Virus record (IMG/VR): IMGVR_UViG_3300044259_000047
Location: 22,060 to 86,059 of that record
From: a virus
Lineage: Duplodnaviria > Caudoviricetes
Strand: one strand, 5' to 3'
Length of the DNA: 64,000 nt
The notes under the pieces: generated by a model
Told to the model about the DNA's origin: nothing
Seen by the model: only the letters and a program-made list of their open reading frames with translations
The model's database searches: none
Shown here: in pieces, positions 10,263 to 20,242 of the stretch
Layout: each line of letters opens with the position of its first letter
How positions within the stretch are numbered: position 1 is the first letter of the stretch
Translations under genes and position numbers: made by a program

Positions 10263-10871
10263 ATGGCTTTTAAATTTCATCGTCGTACTCGTTTCAACTA
10301 CTGGTCGGACTCTAAGCTTGTCCATCTTCTGATTAACAAGAAACCAGAGGAAAAGAATTCTTACTCTTCTGTTGCTAATATGCTGGAAGCACTCCGTTCT
10401 AGTGAAGATCATGTGGTTGAAAAGATAGCAGGCAGGCTTCAAAATATTATTATGTTCCCATCAGACCTTTACCACTCTATTCGTATCTACTTGAAGAATT
10501 CTAAAGGCAACACTCACGTTCTTGACGGTGGTCTTGAGAAAGGTCAGTGGCATGATTTGTGCTACCGTATTCCTCATTGCTTGTTCTTTGAGCTTGACAA
10601 ATACATCACACAAGAGAAGGGATTGGAAAATCACAAATGGGAGATGGATCTTACGTTTGATGAAGGCTGGGGTATTCTACCTGATCACCCAAAATACGGA
10701 TTGCTGACGGATCAAGCAAAGGCAGCAATCGAGCAGAACGAGATTTGGGGATGGTGGAAAGAAAACAAAGACAAAGAATTTGTTGACTTGGACGAAGAAA
10801 CAGCCTATATTGAGAAAGAAACGGAGATGCTGATTCGTCTTATCAAAATCCGTAACTCGCTTTGGACGTGA
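10263..10871 (+). CDS. conserved phage hypothetical protein
   Basis: ATG at 10263 after GGAG, downstream of the promoter. Confidence 0.65.
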   Translation: MAFKFHRRTRFNYWSDSKLVHLLINKKPEEKNSYSSVANMLEALRSSEDHVVEKIAGRLQNIIMFPSDLYHSIRIYLKNSKGNTHVLDGGLEKGQWHDLCYRIPHCLFFELDKYITQEKGLENHKWEMDLTFDEGWGILPDHPKYGLLTDQAKAAIEQNEIWGWWKENKDKEFVDLDEETAYIEKETEMLIRLIKIRNSLWT

Positions 10872-11462
10872 GGTTCAGAATGAACACTTGGAACTACAGA
10901 CTAGCTAAAAATAAAGATGGTTTTTACGGGATTGTTGAAGTATATTACGATAAGGACGGGGAAGTGACAGGTTGGACACAAGATTTTATTGATCCAAACC
11001 ATTGGGAAGACAAGGAAGATTTACGCTTCACATTGCAGAAGATGCTAGAGGCTTTTGATAAACCTTTATTTGAAGAGATTATTCGATGAAAATGAGTAAA
11101 AAGAATCGTTCTCATATTATTTGGGAACTACAACGTATGCGCTTTATTTTGCAAAATATGGCAAACTGTGAAGACTTTGAAGAGGTTGTAGCACTATGTC
11201 AAGAATTAGAGTGTGATGTTGCAAGTCTGGAAGAAGAGATTGACCCTCTCGGACAAACACCGTCTCGTTGGAGTGAACATCTATGAGAGGAAACCCATTC
11301 GTAAATCTTGTTGCAATCCTTGTAATGCTTATTTCTGTTCTTACAGCGGGGAAAGTATGGATTGATTGGAAGGTGAGTAAAGGAGAGCCTGTGAGGAAAG
11401 AGATTGTTGTTCCTCAGAAGCCTAACAATACTTTTGAGCATCTACACAAACGTACAGAGTAA
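10862..11462 (+). CDS. three small hypothetical proteins (10862-11089, 11086-11286, 11283-11462 with a TM helix)
   Basis: Overlapping stop/start junctions. Confidence 0.6.
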
Positions 11463-11480
11463 ATCCTAGACGCAAAAGAA

Positions 11481-11509
11481 AACGCCCAACCAATCAAGGA
11501 AGGGCGTTC
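11481..11509. terminator. hairpin between convergent transcription units
   Basis: AACGCCC...GGGCGTT preceded by an A-rich tract (U tract on the - strand). Confidence 0.55.
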
Positions 11510-11572
11510 TAGGAAAGATGTTGGCTAACATCGAATGTAAGGCTCTTCTAAAGCTTCTTGTACTTGTTCGGA

Positions 11573-11923
11573 CTAGTCTTTTGTATTTACCAAAACATTG
11601 TTTGTGTTGGTATTAATGATCTTGGTGTCATTTTTATAAGCTTTCTCAAGCTTTTCCACTCTTTGTGTTAACAGAGAGATTTGAGCACTACTTGTGTTCT
11701 GGTAGTTATCTTGCTTTGCATCTATTCGGTTCTGACGTGTTTCTAAGTAGCTTGTGTTATTTGAAATCACTTTCATAACATCTTCTTTAAGACTTTCCAT
11801 CTTCAAACCATATGTCGCTACTTGTTCACTTGTATTGTTGTTCAAGAATAGGATTGACACCAAAAGGACGAGAACTACAAAGTGGATTACATCTATTGCT
11901 CTTTTTAATATATCCCATCCCAT
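11573..11923 (-). CDS. membrane-anchored coiled-coil protein
   Basis: N-terminal TM helix VIHFVVLVLLVSILFL. Confidence 0.65.
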   Translation of the reverse strand: MGWDILKRAIDVIHFVVLVLLVSILFLNNNTSEQVATYGLKMESLKEDVMKVISNNTSYLETRQNRIDAKQDNYQNTSSAQISLLTQRVEKLEKAYKNDTKIINTNTNNVLVNTKD

Positions 11924-11934
11924 TACCCCGCTCC

Positions 11935-12249
11935 TTAGTTTCTGCTTTTCACTTGACCAAAGTACAACTGAAGTTGACGCATAATGTCTTGTTGATTAGA
12001 ATCTATCCGCTGTGCAAGATTAGTGAAGCTTGCATCCATTCTTGAGTTAATCCTAATCTCCATCTCTTTAGTATCTGCCTTCCCTACCTTATCCATCTGA
12101 AGCATTACGATCTTATCGTTAGCTAAACGTACATCCGTGGTTAAGTCTTTATAAGCCATGCCCATATAAGAAACAACAAGCGTAAGAAGAGCAATGCAAG
12201 CACGTTCATAAATATTATTCATCCGAGCGTTGGCACTATCACTTGACAT
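11935..12249 (-). CDS. membrane-anchored coiled-coil protein (lysis-associated?)
   Basis: Likely start MSSDS; TM helix ACIALLTLVVSYMGM. Confidence 0.6.
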   Translation of the reverse strand: MSSDSANARMNNIYERACIALLTLVVSYMGMAYKDLTTDVRLANDKIVMLQMDKVGKADTKEMEIRINSRMDASFTNLAQRIDSNQQDIMRQLQLYFGQVKSRN

Positions 12250-12523
12250 ATAAGGCTTCCTGTTTTTTCTTGTTCTCTTTAATCTTCTCAATCTGTGCTT
12301 TATACTTAGCAACGCAAGAAGTGTTTCTATTGTAGGCGATAGCCAATTCAATTAAGCTTTCACCAGCAGGAACAGCTTTACAAGGATGAGTTAGAAGCGA
12401 ATCACTTGGAAACACATTCACTACTGGTTGGCTCTGCGATACAATAGGATTGTTTGAGCAACCTGCGGAGATTGCTAGATAAAAGCCCATCATCAGGCAA
12501 ATAAACGTCTTTTTGAATGACAT
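12239..12523 (-). CDS. o-spanin lipoprotein (Rz1-like)
   Basis: Lipobox ISAG-C, Pro-rich, overlaps the i-spanin in another frame. Confidence 0.8.
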   Translation of the reverse strand: MSFKKTFICLMMGFYLAISAGCSNNPIVSQSQPVVNVFPSDSLLTHPCKAVPAGESLIELAIAYNRNTSCVAKYKAQIEKIKENKKKQEALYVK

Positions 12524-12839
12524 TTTGGTTTTCCTTTTGAGGAGCATTGCTAGCTCCGTTATTAGTTTTCTTAGGAAGCTTGTTCAAGGCTTCTGTAATA
12601 ACATCAGACTTATCTGAAATAGAAGATTTCTCTTGTTCAAGTTCAACAGTCGAAGTATCGTCTTGTTTGCAGGACAAATCCTTTGTTTCATAGGCTTTTT
12701 GTGATGCTTTTAACGCTTCTTGAGTAGAGGTAAGGGCAACACCAAGGGTTCCATTCTTCTCGCTTAAATCATACGTTTTATAGCCTAGAAAAGAACATAA
12801 AAGAACGAGGACAGCTAAAGCTCCAAGTAGGAATCTCAT
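12402..12839 (-). CDS. i-spanin (Rz-like)
   Basis: N-terminal TM, coiled coil, C-terminal Cys; follows holin and endolysin. Confidence 0.8.
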   Translation of the reverse strand: MRFLLGALAVLVLLCSFLGYKTYDLSEKNGTLGVALTSTQEALKASQKAYETKDLSCKQDDTSTVELEQEKSSISDKSDVITEALNKLPKKTNNGASNAPQKENQNVIQKDVYLPDDGLLSSNLRRLLKQSYCIAEPTSSECVSK

Positions 12840-13105
12840 GTTTTCTCGTCCTCTTGTTTTTCTTCTTCTAAACTAGGCGGATACCATAGCTTCTTCTGCT
12901 GGATGAAACGGGCAATCACACCAAGGAAGTTAAGACCAAAGACAATAAGAGCATATGTTGTCCCTGTCATCAAAGGCTCAATCAAGCCCATCAATGGTAG
13001 GATTTGTTCAACAAAGGTAAGAACAATAGCACTTAGATAAAGCCAGAAAGAATAGGTTTTTAACACTTGACGCCAATGAGGGACTACTTTAACATTTTTA
13101 ATCAT
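12836..13105 (-). CDS. holin
   Basis: Two TM segments, W..V.K.YS.W and ARFIQQ, charged C-terminal tail. Confidence 0.75.
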   Translation of the reverse strand: MIKNVKVVPHWRQVLKTYSFWLYLSAIVLTFVEQILPLMGLIEPLMTGTTYALIVFGLNFLGVIARFIQQKKLWYPPSLEEEKQEDEKT

Positions 13106-13530
13106 GATAGAAATAAATCCCTCTCGGCAATTCTTCGTCTTGTCAGGCCGTTTAAGACTTTACCACCTGCACGATTCCATCGTAAAATCTCATCAGCAGC
13201 ACCTTTATAATCAGATGCATTCAGTTTTTTAAGTAAAGTTGAAGACTTAAGATTACCAAGCCCTAAATTAAAACTAAATGAAACAAGGGCGTCAAACTGG
13301 CTCTGATTCAACTCCACTTTAACCAGATCAGAGACACCTTTCTCAAAACGCTCTAAATCTTTCTTGAGAAGCTGCTCAGCTTGTTCTTTAGTGATTATCA
13401 TGTCCGGTGAAACATGCTGACCAGTTGAGCCATATCCGATAGTCAGAACTCCAACAGAGTCTTTGTAAGACTTAAGTTGCAACCCTTCGAAATTCTTTAT
13501 AAGGTCTGTGCCTTTTTGACTAGTCTTCAT
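13102..13530 (-). CDS. endolysin (GH24 lysozyme)
   Basis: FEG...Y.D..G..TIGYG catalytic E-x8-D-x5-T, QFDALVSF.FN.G, GLTRRR. Confidence 0.93.
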   Translation of the reverse strand: MKTSQKGTDLIKNFEGLQLKSYKDSVGVLTIGYGSTGQHVSPDMIITKEQAEQLLKKDLERFEKGVSDLVKVELNQSQFDALVSFSFNLGLGNLKSSTLLKKLNASDYKGAADEILRWNRAGGKVLNGLTRRRIAERDLFLS

Positions 13531-13531
13531 A

Positions 13532-13642
13532 TTAATTATTTTCTTTACCTTCAAAATATAGAGCTCCCGAACCAGCCATTACAGCGGCGGCAGATAAACC
13601 AAGCCCAGCAAGGACTTTAGCAATTTTAGGATTTAATTTCAT
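13532..13642 (-). pseudogene. 36-aa relic N-terminus of a SAR endolysin
   Basis: MKLNPKIAKVLAGLGLSAAAVMAGSGALYFEGKENN*: Gly/Ala-rich SAR-like helix followed by FEG. Confidence 0.6.
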
Positions 13643-13688
13643 ACTTAGTTCCAGAGAAGGACATCCTTGTCATTATCACAATCAAGCT

Positions 13689-15719
13689 CTAAACTGTACT
13701 AATTCCTCTTACTCGGATAGTACCTACAAGATTTGAGCTAGTAGCCGTATCTACAAATATAGTGCCTGTAGTACCTGTCCCATTAATAACAGATGAAGAT
13801 TTGATCGGAACTCCCCCAACAGTAATAATCCCACTATTAAAGTCTTCTATCAAGTAACCAGAAGGTGGTGTTAGATTTGCAGTAAACGGTCCATCGGCTG
13901 CCAAGGCCCCGTTTATGTTAACTGAGTAGGTGAAATCTACACCTGCTGTTGAAGAACGAACAGAGGATAGGGTCAGAGTAATTGTTGAGGCAGGAGTACC
14001 ACCAGTCTTTGTTGCAGTTACTCCAATGGTGGGAGTAATCTGAAGATTATGTACAAGCGCCGGGCAAGAGCAATCAAAATAAGAACAATTGTTGAGAATT
14101 GCTTTAGGAGAGGTAGTTTCAATAAACCCTGAAGACATGTCTAGTTTGGATACGCCATTAAAAGAAGGTCTGCCGCTTAATCTTGAAGACACTACCATTC
14201 CGTTGAAAGGATAAACAGTGACTAGATTACCTAACACATTGAGTGCAAGACCATCAGTGTTTGGTGGCCTATCAGCCAAAATAGTAGTACCAGAATCGAG
14301 ATCACAGTCTACTAGTCGTATATTTACACTGCTTACATAACCTGCCAAATTACTAGCTATAGGATTATATACAGTACCCATAATAGCATTACCCCTACAG
14401 TCTGTGCCCTGCATAAGAAAATCAGTGAACATACTGCCTAAGAAGTTGGGTCCATAAGCTTCTAAGTCAAAAGGCATACCAAAAAGATCACTGTTAGTGT
14501 CCCTAGCACCCCTGTTACCGTGTACTAACGGGTCTGTGGTATTTAAATCTAAACCATTTCCTGTTAACTTACCACCTAACCACTTAATATTTTTGAAGCT
14601 ATCAGCAAACATTCCGTGTTCTCTGTTATTAGTAGCCTCACAATTAATGAATATTAAATCCTTGTGGTCATAAGTAACACTTGTTGTACTTGGTAAAGGA
14701 GTATGTATGGCGAAGCCTGCTGTACCTGCTGAAATCCCTTTGCAACCAACCCAGATACTTTTTGAGACAACCCCAGCGATTCGCCATGCGTGCATACCCC
14801 CGTCTTCACCGCCGCCACCTTCTGGCCCGGGGGTAGACATGCTAATATTAGGCCATAAAGCTCTTGACCCGTCAACCGTAACGTTCTCAAAGTATAGGTT
14901 TGTCTTTGGAGTTGTAACGCCATTAATATGTACTACTGGTATATGTGACTTAGCTACTCCCGCACCATCAGGGCTCCCCATCGATTTAAACGTTACGTTT
15001 TTAAGTATCTGATTACTTTGTATTTGAACAGGTGTTCTAACATAAAATGTCGCACCAAATCCGTCCAAAACTGCCCTATTAGTGGCAGCAGAATTTAGCA
15101 AAATATTTAGTGCTGGTCCGTTGTCTACTGAGGGGTTGTTAGCTGTGAGTTCAGGAAGTACATCCATCCTAATAATATCACCTAACCTAGCGGTTAGGGA
15201 TCTTGTCCCATAATGGATAAGATCGGTTCCTGAAGAAGAGAGCAGTTGACTCTTAAAGGCATCAGTATAGGCATTTGCAGAAGATATGCCTGTCGCTAAA
15301 TCAGAAGTTGATGCAAAATAAGATACATCTTTAAAAGCGGCAGTCCCTAGGGAGTTTACTGTAGTTTCTAGATTAGTAACTCTGCCACCAAGATTAATAT
15401 TTGTTGGTGAATTAAGGAGGGAAGTACCATCAAAGATAAAACTATCTCCAGAACTTTTTACAGTCACTGTTGACCACTTGGGGGTAGGGCTTGAGTAGTA
15501 AACCCCTGAAACAACATAATATAGTCTATTATCAGTAGTTAGAAAATAAGACATTCCTGTAGTAGGGGGCTGTGGTAGGCTACTAACTACAGAATCAACT
15601 GTCCTATCCAGCATGAAAGAAAACTTCAATAAGTTTTCATCCATTCCATCATTCCAACCACTTTCTCCATATGTCCAACCCCATTTCCCTTCTAAGAAAG
15701 GTGATGTTTGTTGAGGCAT
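13689..15719 (-). CDS. tailspike / receptor-binding protein with beta-helix (putative polysaccharide depolymerase)
   Basis: N-terminal anchor W.YGESGWN..MDENL, DN..ALN..L helix cap, beta-helix-like repeats. Confidence 0.75.
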   Translation of the reverse strand: MPQQTSPFLEGKWGWTYGESGWNDGMDENLLKFSFMLDRTVDSVVSSLPQPPTTGMSYFLTTDNRLYYVVSGVYYSSPTPKWSTVTVKSSGDSFIFDGTSLLNSPTNINLGGRVTNLETTVNSLGTAAFKDVSYFASTSDLATGISSANAYTDAFKSQLLSSSGTDLIHYGTRSLTARLGDIIRMDVLPELTANNPSVDNGPALNILLNSAATNRAVLDGFGATFYVRTPVQIQSNQILKNVTFKSMGSPDGAGVAKSHIPVVHINGVTTPKTNLYFENVTVDGSRALWPNISMSTPGPEGGGGEDGGMHAWRIAGVVSKSIWVGCKGISAGTAGFAIHTPLPSTTSVTYDHKDLIFINCEATNNREHGMFADSFKNIKWLGGKLTGNGLDLNTTDPLVHGNRGARDTNSDLFGMPFDLEAYGPNFLGSMFTDFLMQGTDCRGNAIMGTVYNPIASNLAGYVSSVNIRLVDCDLDSGTTILADRPPNTDGLALNVLGNLVTVYPFNGMVVSSRLSGRPSFNGVSKLDMSSGFIETTSPKAILNNCSYFDCSCPALVHNLQITPTIGVTATKTGGTPASTITLTLSSVRSSTAGVDFTYSVNINGALAADGPFTANLTPPSGYLIEDFNSGIITVGGVPIKSSSVINGTGTTGTIFVDTATSSNLVGTIRVRGISTV

Positions 15720-15723
15720 TTTA

Positions 15724-16113
15724 TTAGTTCCTTACATAGGGATGTTCTGTCTTTATCTCTTCCTTTCTGTTTTTGGCTTGAGATAAGAGTGTTTTAATTT
15801 TAGGGGAGGATTTAGGTAAACCTTCTACCAATTGTAAAAATAAAGCTTCCATTAAAAATTTATCAGATCCGTAAATGGGGTCTGCATAAGCAAGAGATCT
15901 TACTTGCTTAACATTACATGCCACATCCTCACATACATCCTGCAATTTATTTAGGCTGCCTTTTTGATATACCCATTTTGCTTGGAGGTCTGAACAAGAT
16001 AGTTCAAAAAGCTCTTCTTTTACTTCAATAGCATTTCCAGGTACAGAAGTATGTATTTCAGAATCATATCTTCCAATCAAAACATTATCTTTATCGACTT
16101 CAATATATTTCAA
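15724..16113 (-). CDS. tail fiber assembly chaperone
   Basis: Position; R..AY.DP..GSD...EIK..HP pattern. Confidence 0.65.
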   Translation of the reverse strand: MKYIEVDKDNVLIGRYDSEIHTSVPGNAIEVKEELFELSCSDLQAKWVYQKGSLNKLQDVCEDVACNVKQVRSLAYADPIYGSDKFLMEALFLQLVEGLPKSSPKIKTLLSQAKNRKEEIKTEHPYVRN

Positions 16114-16115
16114 GA

Positions 16116-16856
16116 TTAAAACCCTATACTAATCCAGTCAAAACCTGCGTTTGGGCTAGCAATATTGTTTGTTGTAGTGTTTACAACAAATGACGACCCT
16201 GTACTACTCACCCTATTTACCGAAAATGTTGAAAAACTTACAGACTGGATATTGGTGATAAGTCTAAATTGCCCGCTGGGGTAAGTAATAGGTAGAGTCA
16301 CACTTGCAACTCCTGAGCCATTAGATATGGCAGTCCCCCACTGAATGATCAGACCCCCAGGAAGTTTTTGGTAGCCGTTTGCAGCTAAAGACTGGTTAGA
16401 GCCTTTAAAAGATTCGTTTAACCTAAGTGGGCTGATTAGGGTGGTATTATCACTAAGAGCTTGAGCTTGTGCCGTACTTGCAATGGTAGTTTTGGCATCG
16501 ACCTGAGATTTAGTGTAAACATCCGCAGTTGTAAGGAAAGGGGTTTCCCAGTTGCCAGGGGCTCCACCAACTGGGTTGATATTAGTGTTTGTAGTTATTG
16601 CCTTATAAATAACCCCATCGCTACCCTGAACATAGCTCTTACCGGCCTGGTACTCTATCGTAGGGGACCATACAGCAACACCATGCTGGGCAAAGTGAGC
16701 GAGAGCTTGATCTTGTCTGTTATCAAGCCAGTTAAACCACTGACGCGGGGGAATTTCAGGTGCCCAACCCTGTTGAATTTTTGAATCAGACGGTTGTAGA
16801 ATGTCCCCAGCAGATGCCCAAAGTAGACTCAGGTCGGGGAGAGCAATTTCAGCCAT
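16116..16856 (-). CDS. short tail fiber
   Basis: GW..EIPPRQWFNW N-terminus; NGYQKLPGGLIIQWG gp53-like C-terminus. Confidence 0.85.
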   Translation of the reverse strand: MAEIALPDLSLLWASAGDILQPSDSKIQQGWAPEIPPRQWFNWLDNRQDQALAHFAQHGVAVWSPTIEYQAGKSYVQGSDGVIYKAITTNTNINPVGGAPGNWETPFLTTADVYTKSQVDAKTTIASTAQAQALSDNTTLISPLRLNESFKGSNQSLAANGYQKLPGGLIIQWGTAISNGSGVASVTLPITYPSGQFRLITNIQSVSFSTFSVNRVSSTGSSFVVNTTTNNIASPNAGFDWISIGF

Positions 16857-16869
16857 ATTTTTATCCTAT

Positions 16870-17664
16870 TTAATAAATTGTTGCCATAACCCCACCGCCA
16901 TTTGTGGTGTAGTCGCTTTGTCCGTAATTGAGCCCATATCCAAGTCCATAACCATAGGTCCCTGAAATATCGCCAAACCCTAATGCACCGGGACTGTCTT
17001 GGAATCCGAAGTACCCGTTAGGGATGTATTCTCCGAAGTTGATACGAACGCCAACAGTTTTAGGGACGAGCCTTGAGGGATATCCTTGGGAATATGAAAT
17101 ATAAGTAAGTAGAACTCGTTGGAAATTAGATAATTGGCCACCAAGAAGAACAGTGACTGAAGCATCTCCTTCAGCAACAACTGCCAGTTGGTCAAGTCCG
17201 AAGATTAGTTTGATTGCTTGAATGAATTGTTCAGGAGTAGAGGCTGTAATGTTTTTAAATATCTTAGCTCTAATGAAAATTCTGTATGTTTCATCATCTA
17301 ATTCTACGTTACCACCAAGATCAATACCATAACTGTAGAATATACCACCAACACTTGGGTCGTTTGTATCCCCCATTGGGAAAGCATTCAATGCACCGAT
17401 CATTCCAAAGAAATCATACAAATCAGCAGCGATGAGTTCTCTATCTTGGCCTACAATACGGCCTATAATATCTAATTGGGCACCTGTTGCTGAATCAATA
17501 TCACGAAGTTGCAGCAAATCTTTGAATGTGTTTTGTAAGTCGATCTCACCTTTTGTGAGAATCTGAACATAGTTATCAAAGACTTGCTTTCCTTTAAAAG
17601 CCTCTGTGACTCTTTCTCTTGCTTGCTCTGTATAGTCTATTGTTTGAAAAGGTACTAAAGCCAT
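16870..17664 (-). CDS. baseplate wedge protein (DUF2612-like)
   Basis: A.GAQLDIIGRIVG..R, LDDETYR. Confidence 0.8.
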   Translation of the reverse strand: MALVPFQTIDYTEQARERVTEAFKGKQVFDNYVQILTKGEIDLQNTFKDLLQLRDIDSATGAQLDIIGRIVGQDRELIAADLYDFFGMIGALNAFPMGDTNDPSVGGIFYSYGIDLGGNVELDDETYRIFIRAKIFKNITASTPEQFIQAIKLIFGLDQLAVVAEGDASVTVLLGGQLSNFQRVLLTYISYSQGYPSRLVPKTVGVRINFGEYIPNGYFGFQDSPGALGFGDISGTYGYGLGYGLNYGQSDYTTNGGGVMATIY

Positions 17665-17674
17665 AAGTCACTCC

Positions 17675-19120
17675 TTACGTTTTAGTAATAACGATGTTTG
17701 AAGATTGTAGATTAGCAATGGCATTAAAAGCTATGACAATATTACTTGTCGTCCAAGTAGTGCCGTTAGTGCTAACTTCTAGGCTATTTACTGCGTGCCC
17801 TGGAACACTGTTAATAGGGGTGTATAAGCGCGAGTAGATAACATCATCTCCGATTCCAAAGTTACTGATAAAGTAAGAGGCTAAAGTTGACCTAATCAAA
17901 TCATCACCATTTTGGGGATAATTTGAATTAGTTGTCAAATCCATTCTTATAAAGATGTTTACTGGATTTGGTCTTTCAAAACCAATCTCATGTGGGAAGC
18001 CTTGGCTGTCATAGATAGTTTGTGTCGTATTTCCATACGAACGAATACCTAATGGCTTATTTTTCCAAATACTTTCAGCAATATCGAGAGGGTCGCCGCC
18101 GAGGATAATTGGTAAAAAGCTATGTGCTGGAACACCATTACTGTCTACGACATCAGTATCATTCTCATAAATCTGAACTTCAATAACGTTTGCAAGACTG
18201 ATAAGGTCGGAATACAAAGCTTCAAGAATGTTAGTAGCTCTAATGTACTTACTTTGTCTGAATCGTTCTCTTAGCTCTTCATCAGTTTCAACATCTTCAC
18301 CCGGCACAACAGCAGTTGGATTTGTGACTGCATCCCAACCCGTTTTAGGAGTTTGAATTGAAGTGATAGTATTTGCTTCACCTTCAATTGGACCAGCATT
18401 GACAGCAGTTAGGCTACCGACTTTACGAGCTTTTACAATACCGATGTTCGCACTTGATGTGAAGTTGACAGTGTCGAATACAGATACACGATCAATGTAA
18501 AGAATATTGTTTGTGATCGTAGCTGTTAAGGTTGGATGACTTGCATCTACAACAGCTTTGATACCTGCTTGGATTGAAGCTTGTGTAGCACTAACCCCAC
18601 TTGTATAGCTAATGGTGTTAGTAGTAGTTGCACCAATGTACGTAACAGTGTAAAGTGTGCTATCAGCAATAGTTGTAGCTTGAACCCCAATACCTGATGC
18701 ACCAGTGGCATTAATAGCTACAGAAGATCGTACAGTAAAGTCTTCGCCAGTTGTTGTACCACGAACTGTCAGACCTGCATCAATCAGAGTACCAACATCG
18801 CCAGTGAATAGCGCTTGTGCTGTAGAGAACGTTTGCTCTCCACGAATCAAACCACCATAAGCTACAAGATTATCAAGGGCTACACCCGTTGCTGAATTGG
18901 GATCAAAAGCAAGATAAACTTGTTGTGCAACTTCCCAAAGGTCAGCAAGAGATGGAATGTGCAGACCAATCAGACGACCGATAGCTGAACTTGCTGATGT
19001 ATCGACTTGATCACCTGGACTAACGAGGTCTTGGAATAGCTGGACAGCAAGAGCATCGTCTTCAGCCTTAAGGTCAGCCAACCTTTTAATTTCAAACCCT
19101 GTATTGCTTAATCCTGCCAT
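17675..19120 (-). CDS. baseplate J-like wedge protein
   Basis: ATG.ALD, G.D.ETDEELR.R. Confidence 0.88.
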   Translation of the reverse strand: MAGLSNTGFEIKRLADLKAEDDALAVQLFQDLVSPGDQVDTSASSAIGRLIGLHIPSLADLWEVAQQVYLAFDPNSATGVALDNLVAYGGLIRGEQTFSTAQALFTGDVGTLIDAGLTVRGTTTGEDFTVRSSVAINATGASGIGVQATTIADSTLYTVTYIGATTTNTISYTSGVSATQASIQAGIKAVVDASHPTLTATITNNILYIDRVSVFDTVNFTSSANIGIVKARKVGSLTAVNAGPIEGEANTITSIQTPKTGWDAVTNPTAVVPGEDVETDEELRERFRQSKYIRATNILEALYSDLISLANVIEVQIYENDTDVVDSNGVPAHSFLPIILGGDPLDIAESIWKNKPLGIRSYGNTTQTIYDSQGFPHEIGFERPNPVNIFIRMDLTTNSNYPQNGDDLIRSTLASYFISNFGIGDDVIYSRLYTPINSVPGHAVNSLEVSTNGTTWTTSNIVIAFNAIANLQSSNIVITKT

Positions 19121-19132
19121 TTAGAGTAATCC

Positions 19133-19504
19133 TTAATTAAGAGGGTTGACATTGATAACATTTGTTTCTTCCCCTGTGTTAACTCTTACTTTAAAGGACA
19201 AGGAATATTGTCTGTTAACAAACGTTGAATTGAATTCTGTAATCTCTTTAACACCATTTTCAGCTAAGATTTTTTGCTGAAAAATAAGATCTACTTTTTC
19301 TTTAGTAGTCTTAAAGCCAAGGATATCTTGGAAGTAGGGAATCCCGTAAGAGGTATCTAAGAACCATTCTGAAAAGAAGGTATGTAGAAGAATAAATAAC
19401 CGCTGCTGGACAATATGAACTAAAGGTTGTGTTGTATACTCTTGAGTTAAAGGTCCATTATGGAAAACCAAATCATTTGTTTCGTAATTCAGAAGTAAGT
19501 CCAC
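19133..19504 (-). CDS. baseplate wedge / sheath initiator (gp25-like)
   Basis: EWFLD..YGIPY. Confidence 0.75.
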   Translation of the reverse strand: MDLLLNYETNDLVFHNGPLTQEYTTQPLVHIVQQRLFILLHTFFSEWFLDTSYGIPYFQDILGFKTTKEKVDLIFQQKILAENGVKEITEFNSTFVNRQYSLSFKVRVNTGEETNVINVNPLN

Positions 19505-19513
19505 ATCATCTCC

Positions 19514-20242
19514 TTATGGATTAGTTGGAGGTACGACAGAAGGAGCGTGTCTGTGTGTTGAGAAATTTACACCATTAAAGGTAAATGTGCCTACGTGAGC
19601 AACATTACCAATCCAAGTACAGTTTTGAGCATCAATCGTAAGTTCCGGCGTGTGGATAGATGCTGACTCTGTTGCTGTTACTTCGGCATTAGCACACTCG
19701 ACTTCAATATCTTTTCTAGTTCTGATTAAGATATTTCCGTCTTGCTTTAATCTGACTTCAACTTCCAACTCCGTACCTATTCCATTCACCAGAACGGTAT
19801 CATTTGTAGAGTGATCCCAATGCCGTTTAGATGGATTATTGACGGCCACACTTGGAGGTTGAATTCCTGGGTAAAATACAGCGTCCGATTTATCCATTTT
19901 TGCGTAGTTGTTTGGGGTTGATGGATATCCATCACTAGATTTCCAAACATCAAGAGAACGCATTGAGAATACGGCCATCCCTGTATCACCAGCACGTATA
20001 GGGAAAGTCAAGCCTGCTGTCTTAGACACGGGGAATGCGACAGGGACTCCCATAATTACTGCTTGTTCTGCTGTTGTTCCGTCTTCTCTTAACTGGTTAA
20101 TGCTTGGTTGGATATTAACCATCTGAGTATTAAGACCATTAACAACACTTACAACAACACAAGGAATTGAGGTGTAATAGTTATTTGTTTGGTTTTCAAT
20201 AGCGGAGTTTAGTAACTCTTGTAAGCTTGCTTCTCTACTCAT
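19514..20242 (-). CDS. baseplate central spike
   Basis: P.V.FP...TFPI..GD.G; C-terminal H.H metal-binding motif. Confidence 0.85.
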   Translation of the reverse strand: MSREASLQELLNSAIENQTNNYYTSIPCVVVSVVNGLNTQMVNIQPSINQLREDGTTAEQAVIMGVPVAFPVSKTAGLTFPIRAGDTGMAVFSMRSLDVWKSSDGYPSTPNNYAKMDKSDAVFYPGIQPPSVAVNNPSKRHWDHSTNDTVLVNGIGTELEVEVRLKQDGNILIRTRKDIEVECANAEVTATESASIHTPELTIDAQNCTWIGNVAHVGTFTFNGVNFSTHRHAPSVVPPTNP

